Assembly (NCBI GenBank): GCA_965248355.1
Contig: OZ252098.1
Location: forward strand, 4,224,001-4,288,000
Length of the DNA stretch: 64,000 nucleotides
Direction: 5' to 3'
Origin: Candidatus Latescibacterota bacterium
Lineage (GTDB): Bacteria; Latescibacterota; UBA2968; UBA8231
This document shows positions 19,915-29,287 of the stretch, one piece after another; position 1 is the stretch's first letter; each line of letters opens with the position of its first letter. Under the pieces are notes generated by a model. It was not told where the DNA came from. It made no database searches and saw only the letters and a list, made by a program, of their open reading frames with translations. Made by a program: the position numbers and the translations under genes.

Positions 19915-20916
19915 ATGCGCATCGGCATCATGGGCGTCCACTACGGCCACATCGGCGGCATGATCCAGTCCGCCTTGCAGGCATCCAACGGCGAGGTCGT
20001 CGGCCTGGTGGAAGAAGACGACGCGCTCTGCGCGCGCCATGCATCCATCCCCCGCTTCGCCACCCTGGAGGAGATGATCGACCGCGCCCGGCCCGAGCTG
20101 ATCCTCGAAGGCTTGATCCACCACGAGAAGACCGCGCTCGTGGAGACCTGCGCCGGCGCTGGCATTCACCTGCTCCTCGACAAACCCATGTGCCGCACCC
20201 TCGACGACTGGGAGCGCATGCGCCGCGCCGTCGCCGCCAGCTCGATCCACGTGACCATGTGGTTCACCTCGCGCAGCTATCCGCCGTTCATCGCCCTGCG
20301 CCAGGCCATTCTCGACGGAACCCTCGGGACCATCGCCAGCCTCGTGTCCACCCATCCGCACAAGATCCGCCGCTCCACGGCCCCGGCCTGGTACTTCGAC
20401 CCGCAGCAGTACACCGGCACCTTCCACGACCTCGCCTGCCACGGTGTCGATCAAGTCCGCTGGCTCACCGGCGCCGAATGCGTCGGCGTCCACGCCCTCG
20501 CCACCTGCAGGCGATTCACCGATGAACCGCGCCTGGAGGACCACGTGCAGGCTTCCTTCGCGCTGTCCGACGGCTCGCTGGCAACCCTCACCGCCGACTG
20601 GCTCACGCCGCAAGCCTCGCCCGCCTTTGGCGACACTCGCGTCATCATCATGGGCACGGCCGGCTCGGCGCACCTGCGCGCCTATGCCGGCGATCACCTG
20701 CTCATCGCCACCAACGAGGGCGACCCGTACACACCCGATCTGCCCGAGGGCCGCAGTGATGAGTTTGTCGCCGACCTGATCGACGCACTTGAACGTGGTA
20801 ACGACCTGTTCATTCCCACCCGCTCGGTCTTCGCCGCGGCCCAGGCCTGCCTGCTGGCCCAGGAATCGGCCCGGCAAGGAGGCGCGTTCCTCCCCATTCC
20901 GTCGTTTACGCTATAA
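19915..20916 (+). CDS. Gfo/Idh/MocA family oxidoreductase
   Basis: MRIGIMG Rossmann start, LLDKPM and DLACHGVDQVRW motifs. Confidence 0.88.
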   Translation: MRIGIMGVHYGHIGGMIQSALQASNGEVVGLVEEDDALCARHASIPRFATLEEMIDRARPELILEGLIHHEKTALVETCAGAGIHLLLDKPMCRTLDDWERMRRAVAASSIHVTMWFTSRSYPPFIALRQAILDGTLGTIASLVSTHPHKIRRSTAPAWYFDPQQYTGTFHDLACHGVDQVRWLTGAECVGVHALATCRRFTDEPRLEDHVQASFALSDGSLATLTADWLTPQASPAFGDTRVIIMGTAGSAHLRAYAGDHLLIATNEGDPYTPDLPEGRSDEFVADLIDALERGNDLFIPTRSVFAAAQACLLAQESARQGGAFLPIPSFTL

Positions 20917-20930
20917 AGAGGAGCATTGGA

Positions 20931-22457
20931 ATGAGCCCGGACTTCCCCCGACTGATCTTCAATTCCGACGGCGACTCGACCACGTACATCGCCTTCGAAC
21001 CGCCGATCACACCGGAGCAGGCCTGCCGCGATATCGAGGAGATCGCCGGCACCAAGGTCGAGGTGTTCACCAACTCCATGGGCCGCGGCGACGAAACCTT
21101 TTCCCACCCCACCCGGTTCGGCGAAATCTACGGCTCCAACGTCAGCGAATGGCCGCAAGCCGAGGGCCTGGAATACGTGCGCTGGATGGCCGACAGCACC
21201 AAGGCGCTGCTCGATCAGGGCGTCAACATCATCGAGCTGCTGGCGGCGCGAGCACACGAGCGGGAGATGCGGTTCTGGCCCGCTCTGCGGATGAACGACA
21301 TCCACGAGGACGACACCGGGCGCTGGAGCGCCCTTCGGAGCACGTTCAAGAAAGAGCACCCGGAGCTGCTGATCGGGTCGCCCTACCCGAAAGTGTCCGG
21401 ATACCGCGGCTACCGGCAGGACGACTTCACCTGGGCCTTCAACTTCGCCCGCGAGGAGGTGCGCGAGCGCAAACTCGGCCTGATCCTGGAGACCTGCGAG
21501 CGTTACGACATCGACGGATTCGAGCTGGATTTCCAGCGCGGACGCTGGTACTTCAAGCAGGGAGAAGAAGCGGAGGGCATGCCGCTGATGACCGACTTCA
21601 TGCGCAAGGTCAGAGCCGGCACCGCGGAGATCGCGAAAGAGAAAGGGCGGCCGTTCACCCTGATGCTGCGGGTCCCGCCAACTCGCGAGCGCTGTCTGGG
21701 CACCGGGCTGGACGTTCCCACCTGGATCCGGGAGGAGCTGGCCGACCTGTTCATCCCCATGGACAACGCGTACCTCGACATGGGGGCCGAGATTGCCGCG
21801 TTCAAGGAACTGGCCAAGGGAACCTCCTGCCGGATCGGCGGCGGCCTGGAGCGCCTCTCCAAGGCCTACGGCTACGCCGGCAACGACATGCTGTACGCCG
21901 CGGCATCGAGCTTCTGGTATCAGGGGGCCAGCTGCATCTATCTGTTCAACTACGACTGCCATCGGCTGCCGAGGACCGGCAGCGAGTGCTACACCCCGGA
22001 CGAGATCCAGTTGCTCCGCGAGATCCACGACCCGCGACGGATCGCCCGCCGGAACAAGCGCTACACCGTGAGCGTGGACATGCAACTGAATACTCCCGAT
22101 CAGGGCGGCGAGATGCCCCTCCCCTGTGAGATCGCGGAGGCCGGCCAGAGTCAGGCCTTTGCGATCGTGGTCGGGGACGATATCGAATCCGCGCGACGAG
22201 AGCAGGCCGTAGCCGATACCTGGCTGCGGATCACCTATCGAGAGTGCGACCCCGCCCTGGTGGAGGCATCGGTCTCCTTGAACGGCCACCTCCTGGATTC
22301 AGGACATCGGATCGAATTGCCGTCCGGCACGACCGTGACCTTTCGCGACATCCCGGTCGTACAGGGAACCAACCGAATCGACGTAGCACTCAATCGGATG
22401 AACGGTCAGGACGGCCTGCGCATCGAAGGAATCGAACTGGTAATCGCCTATTCGTGA
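20931..22457 (+). CDS. Glycoside hydrolase-like TIM-barrel protein (GHL10-like)
   Basis: IFNSDGD, LRMNDIH, FNFAREEVR, YDIDGFELDFQR and IYLFNY motifs. Confidence 0.7.
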   Translation: MSPDFPRLIFNSDGDSTTYIAFEPPITPEQACRDIEEIAGTKVEVFTNSMGRGDETFSHPTRFGEIYGSNVSEWPQAEGLEYVRWMADSTKALLDQGVNIIELLAARAHEREMRFWPALRMNDIHEDDTGRWSALRSTFKKEHPELLIGSPYPKVSGYRGYRQDDFTWAFNFAREEVRERKLGLILETCERYDIDGFELDFQRGRWYFKQGEEAEGMPLMTDFMRKVRAGTAEIAKEKGRPFTLMLRVPPTRERCLGTGLDVPTWIREELADLFIPMDNAYLDMGAEIAAFKELAKGTSCRIGGGLERLSKAYGYAGNDMLYAAASSFWYQGASCIYLFNYDCHRLPRTGSECYTPDEIQLLREIHDPRRIARRNKRYTVSVDMQLNTPDQGGEMPLPCEIAEAGQSQAFAIVVGDDIESARREQAVADTWLRITYRECDPALVEASVSLNGHLLDSGHRIELPSGTTVTFRDIPVVQGTNRIDVALNRMNGQDGLRIEGIELVIAYS

Positions 22458-22485
22458 GGAGACAGCAACTTGGAAAGGGACGCCA

Positions 22486-23625
22486 TTGAAGATCACGGAA
22501 GTCCAAACCGCTGAAGTGCGCATGCAGGTCAACGGCCAACCCCGCTACCTCTACCACTACGTCCGCATCCACACCGACGAGGGCCTCTACGGCACCGGCG
22601 AGGCCAGCCACGTCGATGGCGGCTGGCGCGGTTCCACCCGGACCATGGCCACCCAGCTCATCGGCAAGGACCCGCGCGATGTCGATGCGCTTTTTGAAGG
22701 CATTCGCCGCAGCTACATCTTCCGCGGGGGCATGTCGGGCCTGGCGATTTCGGCCTTGACCGGTCTGGAGATCGCCCTTTGGGATCTGGCTGGGAAGGCC
22801 CAGGGTGTACCCGTCTACCGGCTCCTGGGCGGCAAGTTCCGCGACCGGGTGCGCCTGTACGTCGACAGCGCCCATTCGGACTACAAGCAGCGCGCCGAGG
22901 AGGCGCGCGCAAGAGGCTTCACCGCGATCAAGTTCGACCTCGACGATGCGGGCCACCCGGAGAAGCTCGATCCCTGGAACTGGTCGGTGGCCCCCGCCGA
23001 GCTGGAGGATCTGGTCGACCGGGCGCACCGGATCCGCGAGGCCGTCGGCCCCCACATGGACCTGGCCCTTGATCTGCACGGGCGCTACGACGTCACCGCC
23101 GGGATGAAGTTCGCCCACGCTTTCGAGGGCCTGAACCTGATGTGGCTCGAGGAGCCGGTGCCGCCCGAGAATATCGATGCCCTCAAGCGCATCACCGACT
23201 CGACCCGCACCCCGATCTGCGCCGGCGAGAACGCCTATCTGCGCTACGGTTTCCGCGACATGATCGAGCAGCAGGCGGTCGATATCATCATGCCCGACAT
23301 CTCCAAGTGCGGCGGCCTGTCCGAGTCTCGCAAGATCGCCAACATGGCCGAGACCTGGTACATCCCCTTGGCCCCGCACAACAATTCCAGCGCCCTGAGC
23401 ACGGTGGCCGACGCCCACGTCTGCGCCAGTGTGCCCAATTTCCTCGCCCTGGAGTTCCATCGCTACGACGATCCGACCTGGAGCGATGTGCTGATCTCCG
23501 ACGAGCCGGTGATTCAGGATGGGCACGTTGTGCTGAGCGAGAAGCCGGGCCTGGGGGTGGAGTTGAACGAGGGGTTCCTGCAGAGCATGCTGGACGGGAA
23601 GGCGCTCTGGCAGCCAGGCACGTAA
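22486..23625 (+). CDS. Mandelate racemase family acid-sugar dehydratase (galactonate dehydratase-like)
   Basis: EIALWDLAGK, KFD, DLHG, WLEEP, AGEN and APHN motifs. Confidence 0.9.
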   Translation: MKITEVQTAEVRMQVNGQPRYLYHYVRIHTDEGLYGTGEASHVDGGWRGSTRTMATQLIGKDPRDVDALFEGIRRSYIFRGGMSGLAISALTGLEIALWDLAGKAQGVPVYRLLGGKFRDRVRLYVDSAHSDYKQRAEEARARGFTAIKFDLDDAGHPEKLDPWNWSVAPAELEDLVDRAHRIREAVGPHMDLALDLHGRYDVTAGMKFAHAFEGLNLMWLEEPVPPENIDALKRITDSTRTPICAGENAYLRYGFRDMIEQQAVDIIMPDISKCGGLSESRKIANMAETWYIPLAPHNNSSALSTVADAHVCASVPNFLALEFHRYDDPTWSDVLISDEPVIQDGHVVLSEKPGLGVELNEGFLQSMLDGKALWQPGT

Positions 23626-23650
23626 GCCGCCGCGTCATTTCCGGCCCGCG

Positions 23651-24403
23651 CTATATCGAGATTCGCTTCTCGGGCGGGAGGGTCTTGTCGCCCTCGACAA
23701 CGCCTTCCCGGTGCTCACCGCGCTCGACCATGACCTGCCGGGCGGCGATGCGCATGCGGTCCTCGTGGGAGAGGGATTTCTGCACCTTCCAGATGAATTC
23801 CGACAGCGTTTCCCCGGGGGAGAGATCGGAGTTGTCAATGACGAACTTCCTGCGGATCAGCGACGACGAGAACTCCTCCTGGAACCTCTCAAGGACGTGC
23901 TCGACGTCCTCCTCGCGGAGGACTCCCGGCCGCCTTCCCTTCTGGTCGCGGGGCATGGGGTCACGGCGCATCCGCTCCGTGATCGCCTCCGGGCGGGCGG
24001 TGATCAGTACCATGATGGTGTCCGGGGCCTCCTTCATGATGTCGTGCTCCATACGCCGGGCCAGGGCCGAGCGGTCCGCATACTGGCCGCGTCCACCGTA
24101 GCCGTAGTACAGCGGCGCAAAGACCGCCTCCTCGATGTGGTACCCGACCAGAAGGTGATCGGCTTCCGACAGGAAAGCGCCCCTGCCATGGTAGGCCATC
24201 TGGTAGCGCTGGAACCGTTCCTTGAAGGCAGGACTCATGCGCATGAAAAGCTCGCGGTCCTCGCCGGCCACCTCCGAGGACGGGAGGGTGAAGTGGTCGT
24301 GAAACGACCTGCTGTACCCCGTAAGGTCCGCGAGCCATCGCGATACGCCGCCGGCCAGGGTCGTCTTTCCAACGTGCTCGCAGCCGGTAATGATCAGTCT
24401 CAT
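23651..24403 (-). CDS. P-loop nucleoside/nucleotide kinase-like protein
   Basis: N-terminal Walker A-like IITGCEHVGKTT, 250 aa. Confidence 0.65.
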   Translation of the reverse strand: MRLIITGCEHVGKTTLAGGVSRWLADLTGYSRSFHDHFTLPSSEVAGEDRELFMRMSPAFKERFQRYQMAYHGRGAFLSEADHLLVGYHIEEAVFAPLYYGYGGRGQYADRSALARRMEHDIMKEAPDTIMVLITARPEAITERMRRDPMPRDQKGRRPGVLREEDVEHVLERFQEEFSSSLIRRKFVIDNSDLSPGETLSEFIWKVQKSLSHEDRMRIAARQVMVERGEHREGVVEGDKTLPPEKRISI

Positions 24404-24490
24404 GGTCCCCTCCTCCGGGTTTCTGCGCTACAGAGTACAGGTGTCGCATCGCATGGACAACTGTTTCTTCACCGCTGACAGGAGCCGAAC

Positions 24491-25621
24491 ATGAAGATCG
24501 TCGACATCGGAGCCGTCCTGCTTCAACCGACCCCGTGGGTGCTGGTGAAGGTGCGCACCGACGAGGGGATCACCGGCATCGGCGAGGCCTACCACGGAGC
24601 CGGCGTCCACCACATCGCCGTGGACGAGCGCCTCACCCGGGGCGCCCTCATCGGCCAGGACCCGCGCAACGTGGACAGGCTCTTCCGCGACATGAAGAGC
24701 TCCATGTCGGCTTCGGGGTACTACCAGGGAGCGGTGATGAGCGCCATCAGCGGCATCGAGATGGCCCTGTGGGACATCACCGGGCAGGCCCTCGGAGTGC
24801 CGATCTGGCAACTGCTCGGGGGGGCCTGGCGCGACTCCATCCGCCTCTACAACGACTGCCACGCCGGGGAAGACGAGGCGGATCCCGCTTCCTGGGCGGC
24901 CAAGGCGAAGGCGGTGGAGGCGCGCGGCTTCGACGCCGTCAAGTTCGACATCGATCCGCGCCCCGACCGGCGCGACCGCTACAACCGCACCATGAGCAAC
25001 CGCGACATCGCCTTCCACATCGAGGTGGTCACGGGGATCCGCGAGGCCCTTGAGCCGAATACGGATCTGCTCATCGACGCCCACTGGGCCTACGCCCCCC
25101 ACGACATCCTCAAGGTCGCCTACGCCTTCGAGGAGCTGGACCTGATGTGGCTGGAAGATCCGATTCCCGCCGAGAACGTGGCCGCCCTCAGGGAGGTGAA
25201 GGCGGCGACACGGGTGCCGATCTGCACGGGGGAGAACCTGTACACGCGGCACGGGTTCCGCGAGCTGGTCGAGACCCAGGCGACCGACATCATCTCGCCC
25301 GACCTCGCCAAGGCGGGCGGCCTTTCGGAGGGGCGGCGCATCGCCGACCTCGCCGACATCTACTACATGCCGATCTCACCGCACAACATCTGCGGGCCCA
25401 TCGGCACGATGGCGATGGTCCACGTCTGCGCCGCTTCCCCCAACTTCCAGGTACTCGAGTTCCACCACCTCGACAACGAGCTGTGGAACAGCCTCACGGT
25501 GGAGCGCGACCTGATCGTCGGCGGGCACATCCCCCTGCCGCGCGCTCCCGGTCTCGGCGTCACCCTCGACGAGGAGACGGCGCGCCGAGCCGCACGGGAG
25601 GACCTGCGGTTCTTCGAATGA
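24491..25621 (+). CDS. Mandelate racemase family acid-sugar dehydratase
   Basis: EMALWDITGQ, KFD, DAHW, WLEDP, TGEN and SPHN motifs. Confidence 0.9.
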   Translation: MKIVDIGAVLLQPTPWVLVKVRTDEGITGIGEAYHGAGVHHIAVDERLTRGALIGQDPRNVDRLFRDMKSSMSASGYYQGAVMSAISGIEMALWDITGQALGVPIWQLLGGAWRDSIRLYNDCHAGEDEADPASWAAKAKAVEARGFDAVKFDIDPRPDRRDRYNRTMSNRDIAFHIEVVTGIREALEPNTDLLIDAHWAYAPHDILKVAYAFEELDLMWLEDPIPAENVAALREVKAATRVPICTGENLYTRHGFRELVETQATDIISPDLAKAGGLSEGRRIADLADIYYMPISPHNICGPIGTMAMVHVCAASPNFQVLEFHHLDNELWNSLTVERDLIVGGHIPLPRAPGLGVTLDEETARRAAREDLRFFE

Positions 25622-25660
25622 GGCACACCAATGGTTGACGAAGGACTGGCATACGCACCC

Positions 25661-25756
25661 GCCAGCGGCGCGGCGGCCGCTGTAGCGGCCTGCCTGTGCC
25701 CCGCCGCGACCGGGAGCGACGGCGGAGGATCTCTGCGCATACCCGCCAACTTCTGC
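25661..25756 (+). pseudogene. Amidase signature fragment
   Basis: SGAAAAVAACLCPAATGSDGGGSLRIPANFC matches the amidase signature core, with no flanking amidase sequence. Confidence 0.75.
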
Positions 25757-25782
25757 CCGATTTCCTGGCCGCAACCGGGCGA

Positions 25783-25951
25783 GGCATCGACCCACCCGTG
25801 CGGCCGGGGCCGGAGGCGGGTCGAGAGGGCAGGTTGGGCCGCGAACTCGAACTGCGCCTGCGGCGGGACCCCGTCTATCCCGATGGCCGCAGAGTGGCGC
25901 GCTCGAATCGCATGCCGCCGTGGGCGGCTCCGCCAACCGGCTTCGCCGGCA
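25783..25951. repeat. Diverged direct repeat, copy 1 (~170 bp)
   Basis: Shares collinear blocks CCCACCCGT, GCCGGAGGCGGGTCGAGAGG, GCGAACTCGAAC, GACCCCG, GGCGGCTCCGC and AACCGGCT with 27851-28021. Confidence 0.8.
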
Positions 25952-26101
25952 CGGCTGCCCCTTCTCGAGTAGTGCCAAGGGGCGAGCAGGAGATGGCTCG
26001 TCCCATCCGAATCATTCCACTTGACAGCCCGCGGCAAGATCGTTACCCTATGCGTAACGCTTTTGATCCCTTCTGCGAAACGCGTTGCGAAAGGCAGGCA
26101 A

Positions 26102-26227
26102 ATGCCAACTACTCCAAGAGATTCCGTCACCTATGACCTCAAGCAAGGCCGCAGAGTCGCTTATCGTGGAACAACCAACGATCCGGATAGACGAGAGCAG
26201 GAACACAACGAGGACCAAGACGGCTGA
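26102..26227 (+). pseudogene. Minimal GIY-YIG nuclease, probably internally deleted
   Basis: 41 aa: VTYDLKQGRRVAYRGTTNDPDRREQEH carries the Y...YxGxTxDxxRRxxEH pattern but lacks the C-terminal catalytic Glu helix. Confidence 0.6.
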
Positions 26228-26302
26228 TTCCTGCCTACTCACATGGTCTGCCGAGTCTACCTTGCGTGCATACTGGCATGATCGTGCGGGAGGCTTCTCC
26301 CT

Positions 26303-26638
26303 TTGGAAATCGCATTCAAGACCGGAACGCTGGAGAAGACCTTCAATAAGGAGAAGGCCCTAAAAAGGAAGTACGGCGTCAGAGCTGCCAAGGCCATAAT
26401 GATGCGACTTGCCCTCCTCAAGAACGCCCCATCCCTGTCCCTTGTACCCGTCACTCCTCCCGAGAGACGTCACCAACTAATAGGGAACCGCAAGGGACAG
26501 TATGCGGTGGATCTCAATCAGTCTCTTAGACTGATCTTTGAGCCAAATCACGACCCGGTTCCTAGTCTTGCGGATGGAGGCATCGACCTTGAACGTGTGA
26601 CCGCTATCACGGTCATTGACGTGTTCGACTATCACTGA
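26303..26638 (+). CDS. HigB/RelE-ParE family toxin (killer-suppression type)
   Basis: MEIAFKTGTLEK...PPERRHQLIGNRKGQYAVDL...RLIFEP...DYH, with GGAGG RBS. Confidence 0.85.
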   Translation: MEIAFKTGTLEKTFNKEKALKRKYGVRAAKAIMMRLALLKNAPSLSLVPVTPPERRHQLIGNRKGQYAVDLNQSLRLIFEPNHDPVPSLADGGIDLERVTAITVIDVFDYH

Positions 26639-26654
26639 GTGAGGACAGGAGACA

Positions 26655-27743
26655 GTGACGGTGACCAACCAGTACCAACCCGACTATGCCGTGCCGCCCG
26701 GATGGCTCCTTGAGGAAAGGCTCTCCGAGCAGGCAATCTCCCACGCTGAGTTCGCTCGAAGGTGCGGCCGCTCGGCAAAGCTCATCAGCGAGATCATCTC
26801 TGGGAAGGCGCCAATCGAGCCGACGACCGCCCTTCAGTTCGAGAAGGTCTTGGGAGTCGATGCTAGTATCTGGCTTGGAATTGAGGCGGACTATCGGTTG
26901 CGCCAGACTCGCGAAGCGGAAATCAAGATTTCACGACAGGCGGCGGCGTGGTCGAAGACCTTCCCTATAGCTCAACTAGTAGAGAGAGAGGTGATTGGTC
27001 AGCCCTCGTCCACTGGCGAGGCAGTGACAAAGCTCCTTTCCTTCTTTGGGGTGGCCTCCATTGAGGCATGGAACAGGAGATATGGCATGAGTCATGTCGC
27101 CTATCGACATTCCGTGAGCTTCCAGAGTAACGAGTCCTCTCTGGCATCTTGGCGGCGGATCGCTGAGATCTACGCAGGAATGCAGAGGTGCCAGGACTAT
27201 GTGGATTCGGCCTTCAGGAAGGCACTAGCCCCGATACGCGCATTAACTCGGGCGCCGGTGGAAGAAGCCCTGGAGAGAGCAGAGGAACACTGCAATAGTG
27301 CTGGCGTTGCTCTAGCCTTGATAAGGCCGTTGCCGAAGGCCCGATTGAGCGGAGCAGCTTGGTGGATTTCGTCCCGCAAACCAGTCATCGCGTTGAGCGC
27401 GCGGCCCAAGACGGACGATCACCTTTGGTTTAGCTTTTTCCATGAGGCAGCCCATATCCTTCTGCATGGCAAGAGGAACGTGTTCGTCGACGATGCCAAC
27501 TACGAGGCGGATGATCTTGAGGCGGAAGCGAACAATTGGGCAGCAGACTTCCTTGTTGCCAAGTCGGACTGGAGACACTTCGTTGCCACAGATGCCTACA
27601 GCCCAATGGATGTTCGCGACTTCGCTGACGAACAGGAAATAGCGCCCGGAATCGTCGTGGGAAGACTCCAGTTTGAAAAGCGGCTACCTTGGAATAGTCG
27701 GCTGAACAAGCTTAAGAAGCAGCTCAAATGGAGTGATGACTAA
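26655..27743 (+). CDS. HigA-like XRE-HTH antitoxin fused to ImmA/IrrE (M78) Zn-metallopeptidase
   Basis: YAVPPGWLLEERL...EIISGKAPI...WLGIEADY HTH domain, WFSFFHEAAHILLH and EAEANNWA motifs. Confidence 0.9.
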   Translation: MTVTNQYQPDYAVPPGWLLEERLSEQAISHAEFARRCGRSAKLISEIISGKAPIEPTTALQFEKVLGVDASIWLGIEADYRLRQTREAEIKISRQAAAWSKTFPIAQLVEREVIGQPSSTGEAVTKLLSFFGVASIEAWNRRYGMSHVAYRHSVSFQSNESSLASWRRIAEIYAGMQRCQDYVDSAFRKALAPIRALTRAPVEEALERAEEHCNSAGVALALIRPLPKARLSGAAWWISSRKPVIALSARPKTDDHLWFSFFHEAAHILLHGKRNVFVDDANYEADDLEAEANNWAADFLVAKSDWRHFVATDAYSPMDVRDFADEQEIAPGIVVGRLQFEKRLPWNSRLNKLKKQLKWSDD

Positions 27744-27850
27744 GGATGACTGACTCGTCCGCTGATGCACGCGATCTCCTCGGGCGCCTCGAGCCCGACA
27801 TGGCGCGTGAGGAGTGGTCGGACCGCGCATCGGCCGTGAGAGACCGTGAG

Positions 27851-28021
27851 GGCACGCCCACCCGTACGCAGGCGCCGGAGGCGGGTCGAGAGGCAGTCAG
27901 GCGGCGAACTCGAACCGCGGGGGCGGGCCGGTAAACCGACCCCGCTTTCGTCAATCGCCTCAGGGAGGACCGCTCGCATCGCAGTCCGCAGCCGGCGGCT
28001 CCGCAACCGGCTGCGCCGACA
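27851..28021. repeat. Diverged direct repeat, copy 2 (~170 bp)
   Basis: 20-nt exact match at 27874-27893 to 25809-25828 and 12-nt exact match at 27904-27915 to 25841-25852, plus further collinear blocks. Confidence 0.8.
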
Positions 28022-28245
28022 TGATGCGGTCCAGGTCCCGGGCCCGGGGGGCTCCAGAACACCTCGGTAGCGTAGGAGATGGGACCGGGGGAGGGACCAG
28101 AGCCGCCAGCTTTTCCGTGAACACGGACGCGCACGGGCATGAACACGATGGGTGGAACTACGACGAATTACAGGCGTGACACGACCTCGAGGTCTGCCGC
28201 CTGCGGGGTTCCCAACCGTGGACCAAACAATCGCCCCGGGGACGT

Positions 28246-29286
28246 TCAGGCAACGTCCGGGCTGGCTATCGCCGCCTCCTCGCCACGGAGCTGTTGAAGG
28301 CCAAAGCTCTCCTGCGGGATGCGCAGTCCTTCAGCCCAGAGTTCGCCCAGCGCGTCGGCGATGCGGGCGGGAAACACCTCGCCGAGACAGGTGGCCAAAC
28401 CGTCCCTGGGCGCCTTGTCCAACGGTCGCCGACAGCCATGCGCCAGCAGCCATCCATAGAGGCCGCAATGGGGTTGCACCAGGATCAGTCCCTCTGCCCG
28501 CCGACGATTGTTGACACCGAGCAGGATGTCGATTCCAGCAGGATCGAGATCACCGACATAGAAGGCGCCATCAGCGGCAGTGCGAGCGATCAGTTCGTCG
28601 AGATTGCCGGCTCCCTGCCTGAACGCATTGCCTCCACCGTAAGCGACTGCGGCGTACAGCGCCGCCTCCCGGTTCCAACGCTGGAAGCTGTCGTAGGAAT
28701 GATAGTTCTCCAGCACAAGCACGGGCCGTCCGGCCGAAGGGCTTTCAGGCGTTTCGTATGGCAACGGTGGTGCGACCGGATAGCAGTGGAGATCGTCGAG
28801 CGAGATACGTCCATCGAACAGGGTTGTTTCACCCTTGCGGATATCGTCGAGCCGCTTCTCGTCCCCGAAGATCTGCAGTGAGCGCTCCCGCGTCGGCACC
28901 GGGCAGAGACTCCTGTCGCGCACGGACACCAAGAACGCGTTGATGGTTTGAAGGTTCTCCCGGCGGACGGGATGGCGCTCGTCCGCCGCGAAAGCAAGAG
29001 CCGGCAGCCAGGCGTGCGCCTCTGGGGTACGCTTGGAGCGTGCCACGTCACGGAGACTCGCAGTCCGTGGAAGTGCGGGAGAGCCGGACGTGTCCCACCT
29101 CGTTCCGAGTGCCGGAAGGTCGGCCACTTCGTCACGCTCCAGCCTGCGCAGCGCGTCGAGGAGAAGCCGGCGCAGGTCCGGCGCATTGAGGGCGTCCGGG
29201 TGGGCGCGAAGATATGCGTCGCGAAGCTCGGGCAAGCGGATCCGGCGCTTGCCGAGGGCGAGGAGCTCTTCTTCGAAGGTGGGCAC
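28246..29286 (-). CDS. jetD: Wadjet JetD-like Toprim (DUF2220) nuclease
   Basis: RERSLQIFGDEKRL, LVLENYHSY, AYGGG, FYVGDLDPAGIDI and RIPQE motifs. Last gene of a four-gene operon. Confidence 0.85.
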   Translation of the reverse strand: MPTFEEELLALGKRRIRLPELRDAYLRAHPDALNAPDLRRLLLDALRRLERDEVADLPALGTRWDTSGSPALPRTASLRDVARSKRTPEAHAWLPALAFAADERHPVRRENLQTINAFLVSVRDRSLCPVPTRERSLQIFGDEKRLDDIRKGETTLFDGRISLDDLHCYPVAPPLPYETPESPSAGRPVLVLENYHSYDSFQRWNREAALYAAVAYGGGNAFRQGAGNLDELIARTAADGAFYVGDLDPAGIDILLGVNNRRRAEGLILVQPHCGLYGWLLAHGCRRPLDKAPRDGLATCLGEVFPARIADALGELWAEGLRIPQESFGLQQLRGEEAAIASPDVA

Positions 29287-29287
29287 G

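Noticed and set aside
27746..27850. DARDLLGRLEPDMAREEW resembling a primase PriCT-2 fragment
   Set aside because: Too short and weak to support without a profile search
25841..27915. GTTCGAG on the minus strand of both repeats as a tRNA T-loop, att site or attC
   Set aside because: I could not build a cloverleaf or attC R/L boxes by eye. It needs tRNAscan or IntegronFinder.
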